From contig OZ176058.1 in assembly GCA_964247055.1 (NCBI GenBank), positions 558,001 to 622,000 of the forward strand: a stretch of DNA of 64,000 nt. Reading direction: 5' to 3'. The notes beneath the pieces are model-generated. The model was not told where the DNA came from. It saw nothing but the letters and a program-made list of their open reading frames with translations, and made no database searches. Shown here one piece after another: positions 58,201 to 64,000 of this stretch. The translations under genes and the position numbers were made by a program. The stretch's first letter is position 1. Each line of letters begins with the position of its first letter. The DNA is from Paragordius varius. Lineage: Eukaryota > Animalia > Nematomorpha.

Positions 58201-61200
58201 TTTTAACTAAATATAATAAATTAATATATTTTATTTAAGAAATATTTTATTTAAATTATTTTTATTTTATAAATATATTTTAGTTTTTAACCAACAACCC
58301 TGAAATAGATAGGGTTTTGATTCGGTTTTACATTATTTTTAACAATTTTTTTACTTTTAATTAATTCAAATAAATATTATTTCAATTCTATTTAAATATT
58401 TTATTTTATCATTTAATTTATTTTATAAAATTGTATTTTAGGCAGAAATAATTTCAAATCTTATTAATTCAATAAAAAATTTTGAAAATAATATTTTATC
58501 GTAATCCTACATAAAAATTTAATTAATAATTGGATTATTTTTTTCTTTATTTTTATTAAATTTTTTTTACTTTTAATTAACTCAATTCAAATACACTAAT
58601 AATTAAATTAAAAAAATATAAATTAATTTAAAAATATTTTTAATAAAAAAAATATTTTATTTTAATCTATTTAAATTTTTTCAAAATTTATATTTTAGTT
58701 TTTGATCAATAACCCTGAAATAGATGGCGGAGATATATGTTCGTTTAGTTCAAACATTCATACCAAAGGAAAAGATCCATTTGATTTAAGAACAAAAATT
58801 TTAAACTCTGAAACTAATCAAAACTTGAAATTTTACGCAAATTGGTAATTATTAATCATTTAATTTTTTTTAAATTTATTTTATAAATATATAAATATTT
58901 TAAAAAATTTAGATATTTTAAATTAATTTATTTTTTGTATTTATTTAAATTAATTTATTTTTTATATACATAAATTTTATGCAAATTGGTAATATTTTTT
59001 AAATTTTAAAATTTAGGAAATTATAATTTTTATTTAAATTTATAATTTTCAACTTCTTAATTTAAATATTAATTTATTCATTTTTAGAATTAATCAAAAA
59101 ATTATTAAATTTGAATTAAGAACAAAAATTTTGAACCCTGAAACGAATCAAAACTTTTATGCAAATTGGTAATTATATATTTTTAAAAATTAAATTTAAA
59201 ATTTAATTTATTTAATTTAAATTTATTTGATATTAATTTATATTTATTTTTTATATTTATTTAAATTTCAATCAGAAAAATTGGGTTTTTTAAACTGATT
59301 TCGATTTGAGAACAAAAATTTTAAACCCTGAAACAAATCAAAACTTAAAATTTTACGCAAATTGGTAATTATTTTTTAAAATTATTTATAATTTATTCAT
59401 ATTTTTAAAAATAATTTATTTTTTAATTAAATTTAGAATTTTCAACTTTTTGATTTTAAATTAATTTTATTTTTTATATTTTTAGAATTTTATTCAGAAA
59501 AATTTATTAAACCGTGAATTTAAATTAATTTAAATTAATTTATTTTTTATATATTTTTTAAAACTTTAATTATAAAATTTATTAAATTTGATTTAAGAAC
59601 AAAAATTTTAAACCCTGAAACGAATCAAAACTTGAAATTTTAGGCAAATTGGTATATATAATTTTAAAAATTAATTCTTGAATATTTAAATTTTTTAAAT
59701 TTAATTTATTTTTTATATTTATAATATTTTTAAAAAAAATAATTTTTTAGGTATTTCTTAATGAAGGTTAGTTATCAAATAAGTTTTAATCTTTTATATT
59801 TTTAATTTTTAAATAATTTATTTTAAAGTAATACTTTATTTCAATTAAAAAATTAGGGTTTTTAAGTTAAATTTGATTTAAGAACAAAAATTTTAAACCC
59901 TGAAACGAATTAGAACTCGAAATTTTCCGCAAATTGGTAATTCATATTTATAAAAATAAATTTTTTATAATTAATAAATAATAATAATTTTTAATTAAAT
60001 TTAAATTGATTTATATTTTTATATTTATTTAAATTTATTTATTTTTTATATATATAAAATAAATTTTTAAACAAAAAAATTTATTAAATTTGATTTAAGA
60101 ACTAAAATTTTAAACCCTGAAACAAATCAAAACTTGAAATTTTACGCAAATTGGTAAATATTTTTTAAAAAAATTTTTTTTATATTTATAAATAATAATA
60201 ATTTTTATTAAAAAAGGTGTTTTATTACGATTTTTAGTTATTAAATTAATTTATTTTTTATATATTTCAGAATTTTCAATGAAAAATTTATTATTATATA
60301 ATTTTTTTATGATTTTAATCAAAAAAATTTATTAAATTTGATTTAAGAACAAAAATTTTAAATCCTGAAACGAATCAAAACTTAAAGTTTTACGCAAATT
60401 GGTAAATATTTTTATTTAAAAATTATTTTGATAAATAAATATATATATATATATATATATATAAATATTTTAAAAACTAATTTTTAGGTATTTTATTATG
60501 ATTTTTAGTTACTATTAAGTTTCAATTTTTATAATTACATATATTAATCTAAATTGTTTAGTTATTTTAAATTTTTTCTATAAGAACTAAAATTTTAAAC
60601 CCTGAAACAAATCAAAACTTGAAATTTTACGCAAATTGGTAATAATTTAATTAAAAAATTTTTTTTTATAATTTATAAATAATAATAATAATTCAAATTT
60701 ATAATTTTTAACTTTTTAATAATATTAATTTTTTTATATTTATTTAAATTTATTTATTTTTTTTATATATAAATTTTTAATCATTTAAGAACTAAAATTT
60801 TACCTGAAACAAATCAAAACTTAAAATATTACGCAAATTGGTATATAAATTTTCAAAATTTATTTAAAATAATTTATAAATTTATTTAGATTTATTTATA
60901 TTAATTTATTTTTTATATATATTTTAAAACTTTAATTATAAAATTTATTAAATTTGATTTAAGAACAAAAATTTTAAACCCTGAAACGAATCTAAACTTG
61001 AAATTTTATGCAAATTGGTAATTTTTTTAATAAATATTCATTTTTTTATTAAATTTAATTAAATTATTTTATATTTTATATATTTATTTATTTTTTTAAA
61101 TATTTTATTTATTATTTAAATCAAAAAAATTTATTATTATATAATTTTTTTATGATTTCAATCAAAAATATCTATTAGGTTTTTAAGCTAAATTTGATTT

Positions 61201-63631
61201 AAGAACAAAAATTTTAAATCCTGAAACTAATCAAAACTTGAAATTTTATGCAAATTGGTATTTATTTTTTATAATTTTTTAAAATATTTATATATATATA
61301 AATATATATATATATTATTTATAATATATTTTTAATTTAAATAATTTATTTTTTGTCTATTATTATTAAAATTGAAAATATTGGGTTATTAAAGCTAAAT
61401 TTGATTTAAGGACAAAAATTTTAAACCCTGAAACGAATGAAAACTTAAAATTTTACGCAAATTGGTAATTATTTTATGTTTAAATTTATTTAAAATAATT
61501 TTTAAAAAATTATTATTTTGAAAAATTAATTTATTTTATCATTATTTTTAATTATTAAATTAATTTTCATTTTTTTTATTTAGAATTTTAATCAAAAAAA
61601 TATTATTTAATCAAAAAAAATTATTTTCGTAAGAACAAAAATTTTAAACCCTGAAACAAATCAAAACTTGAAATTTTATGCAAATTGGTAAATATTTATT
61701 TTTAAAAATTAATTTTATAGTTATTAAGGCATTTTTAAAAAAATTTTGAATTTATTTAAATTTATTAAAAATTTATTTTTTAGATATTTTATTATGATTT
61801 TTATAATTTTTAATTTTTTCATTTAACAACCTAATTTTAAATTAAAATTTTATAGAAATCGGTAATTATTTTAATAATAATTTTAATTTTTTATTTATAT
61901 TTTCCTTCTTATATAGAATTTTTGAAAAAAATATTTAAATTAAGCTTTATATATATATAATGTGTATAATCTTAATCAAAAAACTTATTTGTATTAAAAA
62001 TTTGGTTTTTAAACTGATTTTGATTTAACAACAAAAATTTTAAACCCTGAAACTAATCAAAACTTGAAATTTTACGCAAATTGGTATTTATTTTTAATAA
62101 CTAATTTTTTTTATAATAATTTCTAATTTTTTATTTAAATTTAATTTATTTTTAATATAGATTTTTATCTAAATTAATTTATTATTATATACTTTTTAAG
62201 AAATTTAATTCGAAAAAATTTATTAAATTTGGCTTAAGAACAAAAATTTTAAACCCTGAAACTAATCAAAACTTGAAATTTTTGCAAATTGGTAATTATA
62301 TATTTATAAAAATTAAATTTATTTTATATTTTAAAAAAAATTTATATTTATTTAAATATTTTGAAAAATTATTTTTTTATATATTTTTATAGAATTTTGA
62401 TCAGAAAAAATGGGGTTTTTGTAAAGTATTACTTTATGACTTTAATTTAAAACTCTTTGGTTTTTAAGCTAAATTTTATTTAAAAACATAAATTTAAAAC
62501 TGTAAAACTAATCAAAAATTAAAATTTTAAGCAAATTGGTATCATAATCTATTATTTATTATAAAATTTTAATTTTTGATAATTTATTTAAAATTAATTT
62601 ATTTTTATATATTTTTGTTAGATTTAAATTAAAAAAATTATTTTTAAATTATTTTATTATGACTTTTAAATTTTGCATTTTTAAGCTAAATTAGATTTAA
62701 AAACATAGATTTTAAACCCCGAAACGCAAATTGGTATTTATATTTTAAAAATTAATTATTGTAATTATAATTTTTTAACATATTAAAAAATAATTTAGGT
62801 ATTATATTATAATTTTAAGTTTTAATTTTATAATTTAAAAATTAATCTAGATTTTTCAGATATTATTCATTTTTTTCATTTAACCGTGAAATGAATCAAA
62901 ATTTGAAATTTTAAGCAAAAAGGTAATTATTTTTTATTATTAAGTTAAAATTATTTTTTAAAAGTGACTAAAAATTTAAATAATATAGGTAATTTTCATG
63001 ATATTTCAGATATTCTAATATATTACAGGAATGAAATTATACGGACAAAACGTAAAAATATTTTTTTCTAAAACACAACCCAACCATACTTTAATCTTAA
63101 TTTTTTTTATATTGTTTCAAATTACAAAGTATTATAGAAATGTTAATTGGTAACTTAATTAATCATATATTTTACAATTGTAATAAAATATTTTTTATAG
63201 GATAAATAAGGTTTAAAAAAGTATGGGGTTGTATTTTGAAAAAAAAGTTTGTCTTTATATTTTTATATTTTTCCTCTCGTATAATTTTTACTGCAAAATC
63301 AATTTAACTTTTTTAATATTCTCTTGAGATATATTGAAATCAATTAAATTATTTATAGATTAGAAAGATATGTTTTTTATTATTTTTAAAATAAATTTAA
63401 ATAAAATCTGATAAATTTTTTAAATATTTTAAATAATATTTATCAATTTTATCCTTCATTAAATATCTATATTTCAATATTTTTCTAAAATTAATGATTT
63501 ATTTTTTAAAATTTAAATATTTTTTTTTAAATTAAATTAAAATTATATTTAGGGTTAATTGTGATAAAACAACAGGCAAACTTTATCGAAAGCTATTTAC
63601 ACGATATTTTCCCTCCTATTTGGAATTTTAA
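45887..63631 (+). CDS. C6orf89/BRAP-like (JmjC/cupin-related) single-pass membrane protein; gene incomplete at the right edge
   Basis: Exons 45887-46621, 48575-48673, 55321-55503, 58699-58844, then an exon-5 start at 63553. Joined: TM helix...GGRKLLML|TLPIYDWTYLYDNNCII...ENCQ|SCLELEKID...TPFVISADISGDWPC...LGK|FLINN...ICSFSSN...KFYANW|VNCDK. The TM, LP-x-xDW, CxxC, P-x-VI..DW and W-x-NC order resembles C6orf89-type proteins as I recall them; no search was run. Confidence 0.7.
46790..46816. repeat. (TA)n microsatellite, one of many
   Basis: Pure TA run; similar runs at ~985-1010, ~6960-6982, ~50500-50525, ~53080-53105, ~53643-53667 and ~55160-55230. Confidence 0.9.
48575..48673 (+). CDS. Gene 3 exon 2
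   Basis: TTAG|TLPIYDWTYLYDNNCIIENPLYEPPKPSEENCQ|GTATTT, phase 0-0. Confidence 0.85.
49560..55320 (+). repeat. Array A: 16 tandem copies of the exon-3 acceptor plus first ~46 nt, with variable AT-rich spacers
   Basis: Core TTTTACAG TCCTGCCTAGAATTAGAAAAAATAGATTTGTTAACTTTCAATGAAAGT at about 49586, 49877, 50274, 50620 (partial), 50956, 51292, 51631, 52040, 52447, 52726, 53189, 53502, 53908, 54138, 54529 and 54920. Confidence 0.95.
55321..55503 (+). CDS. Gene 3 exon 3 (the only full-length member of array A)
   Basis: TACAG|SCLELEKIDLITFNESMLNLISKNYIETDTPFVISADISGDWPCMNATNALHLKTLADLGK|GTTTAT, phase 0-0. Confidence 0.85.
57330..58330 (+). repeat. Array C: three decayed copies of the exon-4 acceptor plus first ~25 nt
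   Basis: TTTTAG TTTTTGATCAATAACCCTGAAATAG-like sequence at ~57337, ~58000 and ~58284 versus the exon at 58699. Confidence 0.8.
58699..58844 (+). CDS. Gene 3 exon 4 (the only full-length member of arrays B and C)
   Basis: TTAG|FLINNPEIDGGDICSFSSNIHTKGKDPFDLRTKILNSETNQNLKFYAN-TG|GTAATT, phase 0-2. Confidence 0.85.
58960..62930 (+). repeat. Array B: ~16 tandem copies of the last ~60 nt of exon 4 plus its donor, with variable AT-rich spacers
   Basis: Core TTTGATTTAAGAACAAAAATTTTAAACCCTGAAACGAATCAAAACTTGAAATTTTACGCAAATTG GTAA, starting near 59110, 59300, 59587, 59872, 60089, 60337, 60580, 60785, 60953, 61193, 61400, 61630, 62020 and 62228; degenerate copies near 62480, 62690 and 62883. Confidence 0.95.
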
Positions 63632-64000
63632 TTTTTTAATTTTTTAAAAATATTAATATTTTCATAATTATCAATAATTATATGTTCTTACCAAAAAAAT
63701 TTAGTAAATATATAATTAATTAAATAATTATTTTACTTTTTTAATCATAAGATATTCTAAAAATATTAAATTTTTTAAACATTACATTATAAAAAATTTA
63801 TTTTTTACATAATAATTTACTTTATTTCTTATTTATTAATATTATTAATCAAAATTTTTGATTATAAAATTAATTTTATAAAATTTAAAATTTACAAATA
63901 TCTTTTTTAAATTTAAATTTTACTTTTTAAAATAAAATAATTTAAAATAAATTATAATTTTTAGGGTTAATTGTGAAACAACAAGCAAACTTTATCGAAA
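63540..64000 (+). repeat. Array D (start): two copies of the exon-5 acceptor plus 5' end
   Basis: TTAG GGTTAATTGTGATAAAACAACAGGCAAACTTTATCGAAA at 63553, and a copy with a 3-nt deletion at 63965, cut by the window edge. Confidence 0.85.

Noticed and set aside
49560-62930. CRISPR-like appearance (conserved repeat with variable spacers) of arrays A and B
   Set aside because: Eukaryotic intron context, no cas genes, spacers are long, low-complexity and related to each other, and the repeats match adjacent exon edges.
49560-62930. Classical Dscam-type cluster of complete mutually exclusive exons
   Set aside because: Copies contain only part of the exon (about 46-85 of 183 nt; about 60 of 146 nt). 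They cannot substitute for it without cryptic sites; that variant is kept as a separate hypothesis.

Overview
Very AT-rich, intron-rich animal (metazoan) genomic DNA; the taxon cannot be determined from the sequence. All gene models were built by hand from GT-AG boundaries and reading-frame phase. (1) A + strand junctophilin gene of 23 exons, at least 2196-32843. The exons join without a frame break into at least ~2,096 aa with 8 MORN repeats and a C-terminal membrane anchor. (2) An unidentified - strand multi-exon gene, ~37484-41233, probably extending further 5'. (3) A + strand C6orf89/BRAP-like membrane protein gene starting at 45887 and running off the right edge. Introns carry several TIR MITE families and one decayed hAT (Buster-type) element with a perfect 8-bp TSD. 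The most striking structure is a set of intronic tandem arrays whose only conserved part is a copy of the neighbouring exon's edge plus its splice site. There are 16 acceptor-side copies before exon 3 and ~16 donor-side copies after exon 4 of gene 3, and smaller versions at six other exon boundaries in both + strand genes. Differences between copies and exons fall mostly at synonymous/third positions, and several copies are bounded by an AG...GT pair. Whether they are spliced, selected or neutral cannot be decided from sequence alone.
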